This document shows positions 25,951-40,599 of a stretch of DNA of 64,000 nucleotides, piece after piece. Numbering within the stretch: position 1 is the first letter of the stretch; every line of letters starts with the position of its first letter. The DNA comes from Azolla caroliniana (Eukaryota; Plantae; Polypodiophyta). A model generated the notes under the pieces. The model saw nothing but the letters and a program-made list of their open reading frames with translations. It had not been told where the DNA came from and did not search any database. Location of the stretch: the NCBI GenBank assembly GCA_043228905.1, contig JBHGNT010000047.1, positions 1-64,000 of the forward strand, read 5' to 3'. The translations under genes and the position numbers were made by a program.

Positions 25951-26567
25951 TGTCGCAATTCCGTGCTCGGCCACAACCGAGGAACTGGATCGATTCACAG
26001 AAAACGGGAAATACAACAATGCACGAAAAACAATAGAGAGAAGGGTACACTGGATGTTTTACGTGGAAAACCCTAAATGGGAAAAACCACGGGAGTGCAA
26101 GACTCCAACTATCACTATACGCGGGAATGTACAATGGCGAGCTGCAAGGCGACGACCTTGAGCTCACTGTCCTCGCCACAGGCGGCGGTATTACACAGAG
26201 GCGTCGACCTCTTCCTTCCTCTTTCTCTCTCACTCTCTCTCGGCTGCTCTCACTTCGCTCCCTCTTAGTGGAAAACAGAAAAATGAGCAACAACACCAAA
26301 ACTGTTTGCCCTAATTCATATTTATACACATATGACTTTCGGGCTATTTACAAATATAGCTTCAAGGGCCCTTGGCAAACATATTCACAGATATGTCCCC
26401 GTATCCGGATCTCTCTCCGGGTACATACGGCATCCGGCTCCGTAACCGGGGTCTTCAGCATCCGGCTCCGTAACCGGGTACTCTTCATCCGGCGGTTCCG
26501 TAACAGCCTCCGGGCTTGCCGTCATTCATCTCCGGACATCCCATCCGGAGGGACCGAAATCCCAACA
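25951..26567 (-). repeat. 5' LTR of copia element 1 (617 bp)
   Basis: Matches the 3' LTR apart from 6 substitutions (counted by eye) and a 28-bp extra unit at 26451-26478. Confidence 0.95.
26320..26326 (-). promoter_or_regulatory. Putative TATA box (TATAAAT) of the copia 5' LTR
   Basis: Minus-strand TATAAAT, conserved in all three family LTR copies (also 21616-21622 and 60617-60623), downstream of the U3 repeats. Confidence 0.65.
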
Positions 26568-29500
26568 CATACCTGGCTCGTGTAATATAGGATTTTTGTG
26601 TTCAAACATGCGAATCGAAGCTAACAACGCTAGCTATAATATGGAATTAAAAAATCAAGATTTTGAAACTCAGGTCGAGAGACATGACGAAATTAGCAAA
26701 TTTGAGGAGTGAGTTGAGAAGAGCCCTTGAGTAAATGAAAATGTTCATACCTGGCTCGTGTCATATCGGATTTTTGTGTTCAAACATGCGAATCGAAGCT
26801 AACAATGCTAGCTATGATATGAAATTAAAAAATCAAGATTTTGAAACTCAAGTCGAGAGACATGACGAAATTAGCAAACATGAGGAGGGAGTTGAGAGGA
26901 GCCCTTGAGTAAATTAAAATGTTCATACCTGGCTCGTGTGATATCGGATTTTTGTGTTCAAACATGTGAATCGAAGCTAACAACGCTATCTATAATATGG
27001 AATTAAAAAATCAAGATTTTGAAAACACAGATCGAAAGACATGACGAAATTACCAAATTTGAGGAGTGAGTTGAGAAGAGGCCTTGAGTAAATGAAAATG
27101 TTCATACCTGGCTCGTGTCATATCGGATTTTTGTGTTCAAACATGCGAATCGAAGCTAACAACGCTAGCTATGATATGGAAATAAAAAATCAAGATTTTG
27201 AAACTCAGGTCGAGAGAGATGACGAAATTAGCAAACATGAGCAGGGAGTTCAGAGGAGCCCTTGAGTAAATTAAAATGTTCATACCTGCCTCGTGTCATA
27301 TCGGATTTTTGTGTTCAAACATGCGTATCGAAGCTAACAACACTAGCTATGATATGGAATTAAAAAATCAAGATTTTGAAACTCAGGTCGAGAGACAAGA
27401 GGAAATTACCAAATTTGAGGAGTGAGTTGAGAGAAGCCCTTGAGTAAATCAAAAGGTTCATACTTCGCTCGTGTAATATTGGATTTTTGTGTTCAAACAT
27501 GCGAATCGAAGCTTACAACACTAGCTACGATATGGAATTAAAAAATCAAAATTTTGAAACTCAGGTCGAGAGACATGACGAAATTACCAAATTTGAGGAG
27601 GGTGTTGAGAGAAGCCCTTGAGTAAATTAAAATGTTCATACCTGGCTCGTGTAATATGGGATTTTTGTGTTCAAACATGCGAATCGAAGCTAACAACACT
27701 AGCTATGATATGGAATTAAAAAATCAACATTTTGAAAGTCAGGTCGAGAGATATGATGAAATAACCAAATTTGAGGAGTGAGTTGAAAAGAGCCCTTGAG
27801 TAAATGGAAATGTTCAGACCTGGCTCGTGTGATATTGGATTTTTGTGTTCAAACATGCGAATCGAAGCTAATAACGCTAGCTATGATATGGAATTAAAAA
27901 ATCAAGATTTCGAAACTCACGTAGAGAGAAATGACGAAATTACCAAATTTGAGGAGGGAGTTGAGAAGAGCCCTTGAGTAAATTAAAATGTTCATACCTG
28001 GCTCGTGTCATATCGGATTTTTGTGTCCAAACATGCGAATCGAAGCTAACAATGCTAGCTATGACATGGAAATAAAAAATCAAGATTTTGAAACTCAGGT
28101 CGAGAGACATGATGAAATTACCAAATTTGAGGAGTGAGTTGAGAAGAGCCCTTGAGTAAATGAAAATGTTCATACCTGGCTCGTGTAATATAGGATTTTT
28201 GTGTTCAAACATGCGAATCGAAGCTAACAACGCTAGCTATGCTATGGAATTAAAAAATCAAGATTTTGAAACTCAGGTCGAGAGACATGACGAAATTAGC
28301 AAACATGAGGAGGGAGTTGAGAAGAGCTAGTAGGTAAATTAAAATGTTCATACCTGGCTCGTGTGATATCGGATTTTTGTGTTCAAATATGCGAATCGAA
28401 GCTAACAATGCTAGCTATGATATGGAATTAAAAAATCAAGATTTTGAAACTCAGGTCGAGAGACATGACGAAATTAGCAAATTTGAGGAGTGAGTTGAGA
28501 AGAGCCCTTGAGTAAATGAAAATGTTCATACCTGGCTCGTGTGATATCGGATTTTTGTGTTCAAACATGCGAATCGAAGCTAACAATGCTAGCTATGATA
28601 TGAAATTAAAAAATCAAGATTTTGAAACTCAAGTCGAGAGACATGAGGAAATTAGCAAACACGAGGAGGGAGTAGAGAGGAGCCCTTGAGTAAATGAAAA
28701 TGTTCGTACCTGGCTCGTGTGATATCGGATGTTTGTGTTCAAACATGCGAATCGAAGCTAACAACGCTACCTATGATATGGAATTAAAAATCAAGATTTT
28801 GAAATTCGGGTCGAGAGATATGAAGAAATTAGCAAATTTGAGGAGCTAGTGGAGAAGAGCGGGTTAGTAAATTAAAATGTTCATACCTGGCTCGTGTGAT
28901 ATCGGATTTTTGTGATCAAACATGCGAATCGAAGCTACCAATGCTAGCTATGATATGGAATTGATAAATCAAGATTTTGAAACTCAGGTCGAGAGACATG
29001 ACGAAATTACCAAATTTGAGGAGTGAGTTGAGAAGAGCTAGTGGGTAAATGAAAATGTTCATACGTGTCTCGTGTGATATCGGATATTTGTGTTCAAACA
29101 TGCGAATCGAAGCTAACAACGCTAGCTATGATATGGAATTAAAAAATCAAGATTTTGAAACTCAGGTCGAGAGACATGACGAAATTAGCAAACATGAGGA
29201 GGGAGTAGAGAGGAGCCCTTGAGTAAATGAAAATGTTCATACCTGGCTTGTGTGATATCGGATTTTTGTGTTCAAACATGCGAATCGAAGCTAACAACGC
29301 TAGCTATGATATGGAATTAAAAAATCAAGATTTTGAAACTCAGGTCGAGAGACATGAGGAAATTAGCAAATTTGAGGAGTGAGTTGAGAAGAGCTAGTGG
29401 GTAAATGAAAATGTTCATACCTGTCTCGTGTGATATCGGATTTTTGTGTTCAAACAGGCGAATCGAAGCTAGCAACGCTAGCTATGATATGGAATTAAAG

Positions 29501-29644
29501 AATAAAGATTTTGAAACTCAGGTCGAGAGACATGACGAAATTACCAAATTTGAGGAGGGAGTTGAGAAGAGCTAGGAGGTAAATTAAAATGTTCATACCT
29601 GGCTCGGATTTTTGTGTTCAAACATGCGAATCGAAGCTAACAAC

Positions 29645-32600
29645 GCTAGCTATGATATGGAAATAAAAAATCAAGATTTTGAAACTCAGGTCGAGAGACA
29701 TGACGAAATTACCAAATTCGAGGAGTGAGTTGAGAGGAGCCCTTGAGTAAATGAAAATGTTCATACCTGGCTCGTGTGATATCGGATTTTTGTGTTCAAA
29801 CATGCGTATCGAAGCTAACAACACTAGCTATGATATGGAATTAAAAAATCAAGATTTTGAAACTCAGGTCGAGAGACATGACAAAATTACCAAATTTGAG
29901 GAGTGAGTTGAGAGAAGCCCTTGAGTAAATCAAAAGGTTTATACCTGGCTCGTGTAATATTAGATTTTTGTGTTCAAACATGCGAATCGAAGCTTACAAC
30001 ACTAGCTACGATATGGAATTTAAAAATCAAGATTCTGAAACTCAGGTCGAGAGACATGACGAAATTACCAAATTCGAGGAGTGAGGTGAGAGGAGCCCTT
30101 GAGTAAATGAAAATGTTCATACCTGGCTCGTGTGATATCGGATTTTTGTGTTCAAACATGCGAATCGAAGCTAACAACACTAGCTATGATATGGAATTTA
30201 AAAATCAAGATTTTGAAACTCAGGTCGAGAGACATGACGAAATTAGCAAACATGAGGAGGGAGTTGAGAAGAGCTAGTAGGTAAATTAAAATGTTCATAC
30301 CTGGCTCGTGTGATATCGGATTTTTGTGTTCAAACATGCGAATCGAAGCTAACAACGCTAGCTATGATATGGAATTAAAAATCAAGATTTTGAAATTCGG
30401 GTCGAGAGATATGAAGAAATTAGCAAATTTGAGGAGCTAGTGGAGAAGAGCGGGTTAGTAAATTAAAATGTTCATACCTGGCTCGTGTGATATCGGGTTT
30501 TTGTGATCAAACATGCGAATCGAAGCTACCAATGCTAGCTATGATATGGAATTGATAAATCAAGATTTTGAAACTCAGGTCCAGAGACATGACGAAATTA
30601 CCAAATTTGAGGAGTGAGTTGAGAAGAGATAGTGGGTAAATGAAAATGTTCATACCTATCTCGTGTGATATCGGATTTTTGTGTTCAAACATGCGAATCG
30701 AAGCTAACAACGCTAGCTATGATATGGAATTAAAAAATCAAGATTTTGAAACTCAGGTCGAGAGACATGAGGAAATTAGCAAACACGAGGAGGGAGTAGA
30801 GAGGAGCCCTTGAGTAAATGAAAATGTTCGTACCTGGCTCGTGTGATATCGGATGTTTGTGTTCAAACATGCGAATCGAAGCTAACAACGCTACCTATGA
30901 TATGGAATTAAAAATCAAGATTTTGAAATTCGGGTCGAGAGATATGAAGAAATTAGCAAATTTGAGGAGCTAGTGGAGAAGAGCGGGTTAGTAAATTAAA
31001 ATGTTCATACCTGGCTCGTGTGATATCGGATTTTTGTGATCAAACATGCGAATCGAAGCTACCAATGCTAGCTATGATATGGAATTGATAAATCAAGATT
31101 TTGAAACTCAGGTCGAGAGACATGACGAAATTACCAAATTTGAGGAGTGAGTTGAGAAGAGCTAGTGGGTAAATGAAAATGTTCATACGTGTCTCGTGTG
31201 ATATCGGATATTTGTGTTCAAACATGCGAATCGAAGCTAACAACGCTAGCTATGATATGGAATTAAAAAATCAAGATTTTGAAACTCAGGTCGAGAGACA
31301 TGACGAAATTAGCAAACATGAGGAGGGAGTAGAGAGGAGCCCTTGAGTAAATGAAAATGTTCATACCTGGCTTGTGTGATATCGGATTTTTGTGTTCAAA
31401 CATGCGAATCGAAGCTAACAACGCTAGCTATGATATGGAATTAAAAAATCAAGATTTTGAAACTCAGGTCGAGAGACATGAGGAAATTAGCAAATTTGAG
31501 GAGTGAGTTGAGAAGAGCTAGTGGGTAAACGAAAATGTTCATACCTGTTTCGTGTGATATCGGATTTTTGTGTTCAAACAGGCGAATCGAAGCTAGCAAC
31601 GCTAGCTATGATATGGAATTAAAAAATAAAGATTTTGAAACTCAGGTCGAGAGACATGACGAAATTACCAAATTTGAGGAGGGAGTTGAGAAGAGCTAGG
31701 AGGTAAATTAAAATGTTCATACCTGGCTCGGATTTTTGTGTTCAAACATGCAAATCGAAGCTAACAACGCTAGCTATGATATGGAATTAAAAAATCAAGA
31801 ATTTGCAACTCAGGTCGAGAGACATGACGAAATTACCAAATTTGAGGAGTGAGTTGAGAAGAGCTAGGAGGTAAATTAAAGTGTTCATACCTGGCTCTTG
31901 TGACATCGGATTTTTGTGTTCAAACATGCGATTCGAAGCTAACAACGCTAGCTATGATATGGAATTAAAAAATCAAGATTTTGAAACTCAGGTCGAGAGA
32001 CATGACGAAATTAGCAAACATGAGGAGGGAGTAGAGAGGAGCCCTTGAGTAAATGAAAATGTTCATACCTGGCTCGTGTGATATCGGATTTTTGTGTTCA
32101 AACATGCGAATTGAAGCTAGCAATGCTAGCTATGATATGGAATTAAAAAATCAAGATTTTGAAACTCAGGTCGAGAGACATGAGGAAATTACCAAATTTG
32201 AGGAGTGAGTTGAGAGAAGCGCTTGAGTAAATCAAAAGGTTTATACCTGGCTCGTGTAATATTAGATTTTTGTGTTCAAACATGCGAATCGAAGCTTACA
32301 ACACTAGCTACGATATGGAATTTAAAAATCAAGATTTTGAAACTCAGGTCGAGAGACATGACGAAATTACCAAATTCGAGGAGTGAGTTGAGAGGAGCCC
32401 TTGAGTAAATGAAAATGTTCATACCTGGCTCGTGTGATATCGGATTTTTGTGTTCAAACATGCGAATCGAAGCTAACAACGCTAGCTATGATATGGAATT
32501 AAAAAATCAAGATTTTGAAACTCAGGTCGAGAGACATGACGAAATTAGCAAAGATGAGGAGGGAGTAGAGAGGAGCCCTTGAGTAAATGAAAATGTTCAT

Positions 32601-35600
32601 ACCTGGCTTGTGTGATATCGGATTTTTTTGTTCAAACATGCGAATCGAAGCTAACAACGCTAGCTATGATATGGAATTAAAAAATCAAGATTTTGAAACT
32701 CAGGTCGAGAGACATGAGGAAATTAGCAAATTTGAGGAGTGAGTTGAGAAGAGCTAGTGGGTAAATGAAAATGTTCATACCTGTCTCGTGTGATATCGGA
32801 TTTTTGTGTTCAAACAGGCGAATCGAAGCTAGCAACGCTAGCTATGATATGGAATTAAAAAATAAAGATTTTGAAACTCAGGTCGAGAGACATGACGAAA
32901 TTACCAAATTTGAGGAGTGAGTTGAGAAGAGCTAGGAGGTAAATTAAAGTGTTCATACCTGGCTCGTGTGATATCGGATTTTTGTGTTCAAACATGCGAA
33001 TCGAAGCTAGCAACGCTAGCTATGATATGGAATTAAAAAATCAAGATTTTGCAACGCAGGTCGAGAGACATGACGAAATTACCAAATTTGAGGAGTGAGT
33101 TGACAAGAGCTAGGAGGTAAATTAAAGTGTTCATACCTGGCTCCTGTGACATCGGATTTTTATGTTCAAACATGCGATTCGAAGCTAACAACGCTAGCTA
33201 TGATATGGAATTTAAAAATCAAGATTTTGAAACTCAGGTCGAGAGACATGACGAAATTAGCAAACATGAGGAGGGAGTAGAGAGGAGCCCTTAAGTAAAT
33301 GAAAATGTTCGTACCTGGCTCGTGTGATATCGGATTTTTGTGTTCAAACATGCGAATCGAAGCTAGCAATGCTAGCTATGATATGCAATTGAAAATTCAA
33401 GATTTTGAAACTCAGGTCCAGAGACATGACGAAATTACCAAATTTGAGGAGTGAGTTGAGAAGAGCTAGTGGGTAAATGAAAATGTTCATACCTGGCTCG
33501 TGTGATATCGGATTTTTGTGTTCCAACATGCGAATCGAAGCTAACAACGCTAGCTATGATATGGAATTAAAAAATCAAGATTTTGAAACTCAGGTCGAGA
33601 GAGATGACGAAATTAGCAAACATGAGCAGGGAGTTGAGAGGAGCCCTTGAGTAAATTAAAATGTTCATACCTGGCTCGTGTGATATCGGATTTTTGTGTT
33701 CAAACATGCGTATCGAAGCTAACAACACTAGCTATGATATGGAATTAAAAAATCAAGATTTTGAAACTCAGGTCGAGAGACATGAGGAAATTACCAAATT
33801 TGAGGAGTGAGTTGAGAGAAGCCCTTGAGTAAATCAAAAGGTTTATACCTGGCTCGTGTAATATTAGATTTTTGTGTTCAAACATGCGAATCGAAGCTTA
33901 CAACACTAGCTACGATATGGAATTTAAAAATCAAGATTTTGAAACTCAGGTCGAGAGACATGACGAAATTACCAAATTCGAGGAGTGAGTTGAGAGGAGC
34001 CCTTGAGTAAATGAAAATGTTCATACCTGGCTCGTGTGATATCGGATTTTTGTGTTCAAACATGCGTATCGAAGCTTACAACACTAGCTATGATATGGAA
34101 TTAAAAAATCAAGATTTTGAAACTCAGGTCGAGAGATATGAGGAAATTACCAAATTTGAGGAGTGAGTTGAGAGAAGCCCTTGAGTAAATCAAAAGGTTT
34201 ATACCTGGCTCGTGTAATATTAGATTTTTGTGTTCAAACATGCGAATCGAAGCTTACAACGCTAGCTATGATATGGAAATAAAAAATCAAGATTTTGAAA
34301 CTCAGGTCGAGAGACATGACGAAATTACCAAATTCGAGGAGTGAGTTGAGAGGAGCCCTTGAGTAAATGAAAATGTTCATACCTGGCTCGTGTGATATCG
34401 GATTTTTGTGTTCAAACATGCGTATCGAAGCTAACAACACTAGCTATGATATGGAATTAAAAAATCAAGATTTTGAAACTCAGGTCGAGAGACATGACAA
34501 AATTACCAAATTTGAGGAGTGAGTTGAGAGAAGCCCTTGAGTAAATCAAAAGGTTTATACCTGGCTCGTGTAATATTAGATTTTTGTGTTCAAACATGCG
34601 AATCGAAGCTTACAACACTAGCTACGATATGGAATTTAAAAATCAAGATTCTGAAACTCAGGTCGAGAGACATGACGAAATTACCAAATTCGAGGAGTGA
34701 GGTGAGAGGAGCCCTTGAGTAAATGAAAATGTTCATACCTGGCTCGTGTGATATCGGATTTTTGTGTTCAAACATGCGAATCGAAGCTAACAACACTAGC
34801 TATGATATGGAATTTAAAAATCAAGATTTTGAAACTCAGGTCGAGAGACATGACGAAATTAGCAAACATGAGGAGGGAGTTGAGAAGAGCTAGTAGGTAA
34901 ATTAAAATGTTCATACCTGGCTCGTGTGATATCGGATTTTTGTGTTCAAACATGCGAATCGAAGCTAACAACGCTAGCTATGATATGGAATTAAAAATCA
35001 AGATTTTGAAATTCGGGTCGAGAGATATGAAGAAATTAGCAAATTTGAGGAGCTAGTGGAGAAGAGCGGGTTAGTAAATTAAAATGTTCATACCTGGCTC
35101 GTGTGATATCGGGTTTTTGTGATCAAACATGCGAATCGAAGCTACCAATGCTAGCTATGATATGGAATTGATAAATCAAGATTTTGAAACTCAGGTCCAG
35201 AGACATGACGAAATTACCAAATTTGAGGAGTGAGTTGAGAAGAGATAGTGGGTAAATGAAAATGTTCATACCTATCTCGTGTGATATCGGATTTTTGTGT
35301 TCAAACATGCGAATCGAAGCTAACAACGCTAGCTATGATATGGAATTAAAAAATCAAGATTTTGAAACTCAGGTCGAGAGACATGAGGAAATTAGCAAAC
35401 ACGAGGAGGGAGTAGAGAGGAGCCCTTGAGTAAATGAAAATGTTCGTACCTGGCTCGTGTGATATCGGATGTTTGTGTTCAAACATGCGAATCGAAGCTA
35501 ACAACGCTACCTATGATATGGAATTAAAAATCAAGATTTTGAAATTCGGGTCGAGAGATATGAAGAAATTAGCAAATTTGAGGAGCTAGTGGAGAAGAGC

Positions 35601-38600
35601 GGGTTAGTAAATTAAAATGTTCATACCTGGCTCGTGTGATATCGGATTTTTGTGATCAAACATGCGAATCGAAGCTACCAATGCTAGCTATGATATGGAA
35701 TTGATAAATCAAGATTTTGAAACTCAGGTCGAGAGACATGACGAAATTACCAAATTTGAGGAGTGAGTTGAGAAGAGCTAGTGGGTAAATGAAAATGTTC
35801 ATACGTGTCTCGTGTGATATCGGATATTTGTGTTCAAACATGCGAATCGAAGCTAACAACGCTAGCTATGATATGGAATTAAAAAATCAAGATTTTGAAA
35901 CTCAGGTCGAGAGACATGACGAAATTAGCAAACATGAGGAGGGAGTAGAGAGGAGCCCTTGAGTAAATGAAAATGTTCATACCTGGCTTGTGTGATATCG
36001 GATTTTTGTGTTCAAACATGCGAATCGAAGCTAACAACGCTAGCTATGATATGGAATTAAAAAATCAAGATTTTGAAACTCAGGTCGAGAGACATGAGGA
36101 AATTAGCAAATTTGAGGAGTGAGTTGAGAAGAGCTAGTGGGTAAACGAAAATGTTCATACCTGTTTCGTGTGATATCGGATTTTTGTGTTCAAACAGGCG
36201 AATCGAAGCTAGCAACGCTAGCTATGATATGGAATTAAAAAATAAAGATTTTGAAACTCAGGTCGAGAGACATGACGAAATTACCAAATTTGAGGAGGGA
36301 GTTGAGAAGAGCTAGGAGGTAAATTAAAATGTTCATACCTGGCTCGGATTTTTGTGTTCAAACATGCAAATCGAAGCTAACAACGCTAGCTATGATATGG
36401 AATTAAAAAATCAAGAATTTGCAACTCAGGTCGAGAGACATGACGAAATTACCAAATTTGAGGAGTGAGTTGAGAAGAGCTAGGAGGTAAATTAAAGTGT
36501 TCATACCTGGCTCTTGTGACATCGGATTTTTGTGTTCAAACATGCGATTCGAAGCTAACAACGCTAGCTATGATATGGAATTAAAAAATCAAGATTTTGA
36601 AACTCAGGTCGAGAGACATGACGAAATTAGCAAACATGAGGAGGGAGTAGAGAGGAGCCCTTGAGTAAATGAAAATGTTCATACCTGGCTCGTGTGATAT
36701 CGGATTTTTGTGTTCAAACATGCGAATTGAAGCTAGCAATGCTAGCTATGATATGGAATTAAAAAATCAAGATTTTGAAACTCAGGTCGAGAGACATGAG
36801 GAAATTACCAAATTTGAGGAGTGAGTTGAGAGAAGCGCTTGAGTAAATCAAAAGGTTTATACCTGGCTCGTGTAATATTAGATTTTTGTGTTCAAACATG
36901 CGAATCGAAGCTTACAACACTAGCTACGATATGGAATTTAAAAATCAAGATTTTGAAACTCAGGTCGAGAGACATGACGAAATTACCAAATTCGAGGAGT
37001 GAGTTGAGAGGAGCCCTTGAGTAAATGAAAATGTTCATACCTGGCTCGTGTGATATCGGATTTTTGTGTTCAAACATGCGAATCGAAGCTAACAACGCTA
37101 GCTATGATATGGAATTAAAAAATCAAGATTTTGAAACTCAGGTCGAGAGACATGACGAAATTAGCAAAGATGAGGAGGGAGTAGAGAGGAGCCCTTGAGT
37201 AAATGAAAATGTTCATACCTGGCTTGTGTGATATCGGATTTTTTTGTTCAAACATGCGAATCGAAGCTAACAACGCTAGCTATGATATGGAATTAAAAAA
37301 TCAAGATTTTGAAACTCAGGTCGAGAGACATGAGGAAATTAGCAAATTTGAGGAGTGAGTTGAGAAGAGCTAGTGGGTAAATGAAAATGTTCATACCTGT
37401 CTCGTGTGATATCGGATTTTTGTGTTCAAACAGGCGAATCGAAGCTAGCAACGCTAGCTATGATATGGAATTAAAAAATAAAGATTTTGAAACTCAGGTC
37501 GAGAGACATGACGAAATTACCAAATTTGAGGAGTGAGTTGAGAAGAGCTAGGAGGTAAATTAAAGTGTTCATACCTGGCTCGTGTGATATCGGATTTTTG
37601 TGTTCAAACATGCGAATCGAAGCTAGCAACGCTAGCTATGATATGGAATTAAAAAATCAAGATTTTGCAACGCAGGTCGAGAGACATGACGAAATTACCA
37701 AATTTGAGGAGTGAGTTGACAAGAGCTAGGAGGTAAATTAAAGTGTTCATACCTGGCTCCTGTGACATCGGATTTTTATGTTCAAACATGCGATTCGAAG
37801 CTAACAACGCTAGCTATGATATGGAATTTAAAAATCAAGATTTTGAAACTCAGGTCGAGAGACATGACGAAATTAGCAAACATGAGGAGGGAGTAGAGAG
37901 GAGCCCTTAAGTAAATGAAAATGTTCGTACCTGGCTCGTGTGATATCGGATTTTTGTGTTCAAACATGCGAATCGAAGCTAGCAATGCTAGCTATGATAT
38001 GCAATTGAAAATTCAAGATTTTGAAACTCAGGTCCAGAGACATGACGAAATTACCAAATTTGAGGAGTGAGTTGAGAAGAGCTAGTGGGTAAATGAAAAT
38101 GTTCATACCTGGCTCGTGTGATATCGGATTTTTGTGTTCCAACATGCGAATCGAAGCTAACAACGCTAGCTATGATATGGAATTAAAAAATCAAGATTTT
38201 GAAACTCAGGTCGAGAGAGATGACGAAATTAGCAAACATGAGCAGGGAGTTGAGAGGAGCCCTTGAGTAAATTAAAATGTTCATACCTGGCTCGTGTGAT
38301 ATCGGATTTTTGTGTTCAAACATGCGTATCGAAGCTAACAACACTAGCTATGATATGGAATTAAAAAATCAAGATTTTGAAACTCAGGTCGAGAGACATG
38401 AGGAAATTACCAAATTTGAGGAGTGAGTTGAGAGAAGCCCTTGAGTAAATCAAAAGGTTTATACCTGGCTCGTGTAATATTAGATTTTTGTGTTCAAACA
38501 TGCGAATCGAAGCTTACAACACTAGCTACGATATGGAATTTAAAAATCAAGATTTTGAAACTCAGGTCGAGAGACATGACGAAATTACCAAATTCGAGGA

Positions 38601-39400
38601 GTGAGTTGAGAGGAGCCCTTGAGTAAATGAAAATGTTCATACCTGGCTCGTGTGATATCGGATTTTTGTGTTCAAACATGCGTATCGAAGCTTACAACAC
38701 TAGCTATGATATGGAATTAAAAAATCAAGATTTTGAAACTCAGGTCGAGAGATATGAGGAAATTACCAAATTTGAGGAGTGAGTTGAGAGAAGCCCTTGA
38801 GTAAATCAAAAGGTTTATACCTGGCTCGTGTAATATTAGATTTTTGTGTTCAAACATGCGAATCGAAGCTTACAACGCTAGCTATGATATGGAAATAAAA
38901 AATAAAGATTTTGAAACTCAGGTCGAGAGACATGACGAAATTACCAAATTCGAGGAGTGAGTTGAGAGGAGCCCTTGAGTAAATGAAAATGTTCATACCT
39001 GGCTCGTGTGATATCGGATTTTTGTGTTCAAACATGCGTATCGAAGCTAACAACACTAGCTATGATATGGAATTAAAAAATCAAGATTTTGAAACTCAGG
39101 TCGAGAGACATGACAAAATTACCAAATTTGAGGAGTGAGTTGAGAGAAGCCCTTGAGTAAATCAAAAGGTTTATACCTGGCTCGTGTAATATTAGATTTT
39201 TGTGTTCAAACATGCGAATCGAAGCTTACAACACTAGCTACGATATGGAATTTAAAAATCAAGATTCTGAAACTCAGGTCGAGAGACATGACGAAATTAC
39301 CAAATTCGAGGAGTGAGGTGAGAGGAGCCCTTGAGTAAATGAAAATGTTCATACCTGGCTCGTGTGATATCGGATTTTTGTGTTCAAACATGCGAATCGA
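29645..39400 (+). repeat. Higher-order repeat: 26-mer (4616 bp), about 2.1 near-identical copies
   Basis: Constant offset 4616 for many variants (29921/34537/39153, 30507/35123, 31040/35656, 33344/37960). 26x178 minus 12 bp of small deletions = 4616. Boundaries approximate. Confidence 0.88.
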
Positions 39401-40599
39401 AGCTAACAACGCTAGCTATGATATGGAATTAAAAAATCAAGATTTTGAAACTCAGGTCGAGAGACATGACGAAATTAGCAAAGATGAGGAGGGAGTAGAG
39501 AGGAGCCCTTGAGTAAATGAAAATGTTCATACCTGGCTCGTGTGATATCGGATTTTTGTGTTCAAAAATGCGAATCGAAGCTAACAACGCTAGCTATGAT
39601 ATGGAATTAAGAAATCAAGATTTTGAAACCCAGGTCGAGAGACATGAGGAAATTAGCAAATGCGAGGAGGGAGTAGAGAGGAGCCCTAGAGTAAATGCAA
39701 ATGTTCATACCTGGCTCGTGTGATATCGGATTTTTGTGTTCAAAAATGCGAATCGAAGCTAACAACGCTAGCTATGATATGGAATTAAAAAATTAAGATT
39801 TTGAAACTCAGGTCGAGAGACATGAGGAAATTAGCAAATTTGAGGAGTGAGTTGAGAAGAGCTAGGAGGTAAATTAAAGTGTTCATACCTGGCTCCTGTG
39901 ACATCGGATTTTTGTGTTCAAACATGCGATTCGAAGCTAACAACGCTAGCTATGATATGGAATTTAAAAATCAAGATTTTGAAACTCAGGTCGAGAGACA
40001 TGACGAAATTAGCAAACATGAGGAGGGAGTAGAGAGGAGCCCTTAAGTAAATGAAAATGTTCATACCTGGCTCGTGTGATATCGGATTTTTGTGTTCAAA
40101 CATGCGAATCGAAGCTAGCAACGCTAGCTATGATATGGAATTAAAAAATCAAGATTTGGCAACTCAGGTCGAGAGACATGACAAAATTACCAAATTTGAG
40201 GAGTGAGTTGAGAAGAGCTAGGAGGTAAATTAAAGTGTTCATACCTGGCTCCTGTGACATCGGATTTTTGTGTTCAAACATGCGAATCGAAGCTAACAAC
40301 GCTAGCTATGATATGGAATTAAAAAATCAAGATTTTGAAACTCAGGTCGAGAGACATGACGAAATTAGCAAACATGAGGAGGGAGTAGAGAGGAGCCCTT
40401 GAGTAAATGAAAATGTTCATACCTGGCTTGTGTGACATCGGATTTTTGTGTTCAAACATGCGAATCGAAGCTAACAACGCTAGCTATGATATGGAATTAA
40501 AAAATCAAGATTTTGAAACTCAGGTCGAGAGACATGACGAAATTAGCAAACATGAGGAGGGAGTAGAGAGGAGCCCTTGAGTAAATGAAAATGTTCATA

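Larger units (their letters stand above)
21247..26567 (-). mobile_element. Full-length Ty1/copia LTR retrotransposon (Tto1/Tnt1-like, Tork lineage), 5321 bp
   Basis: Two TG...CA LTRs, a tRNA-iMet PBS, a PPT and a single gag-PR-IN-RT-RH ORF. Flanks AATAC (21242-21246) and CATAC (26568-26572) form a 5-bp TSD with one mismatch. Confidence 0.97.

Noticed and set aside
25920-25976. N-terminal extension MWPSTELRQSG... of Gag-Pol
   Set aside because: It has a non-ATG start inside the LTR and runs through the PBS. The ATG at 25919 is the plausible start.
22150-26036. Antisense and alternate-frame ORFs within the copia (mirrored at 53477-57057)
   Set aside because: They are shadow ORFs of a GC-rich coding region with no recognisable motifs.
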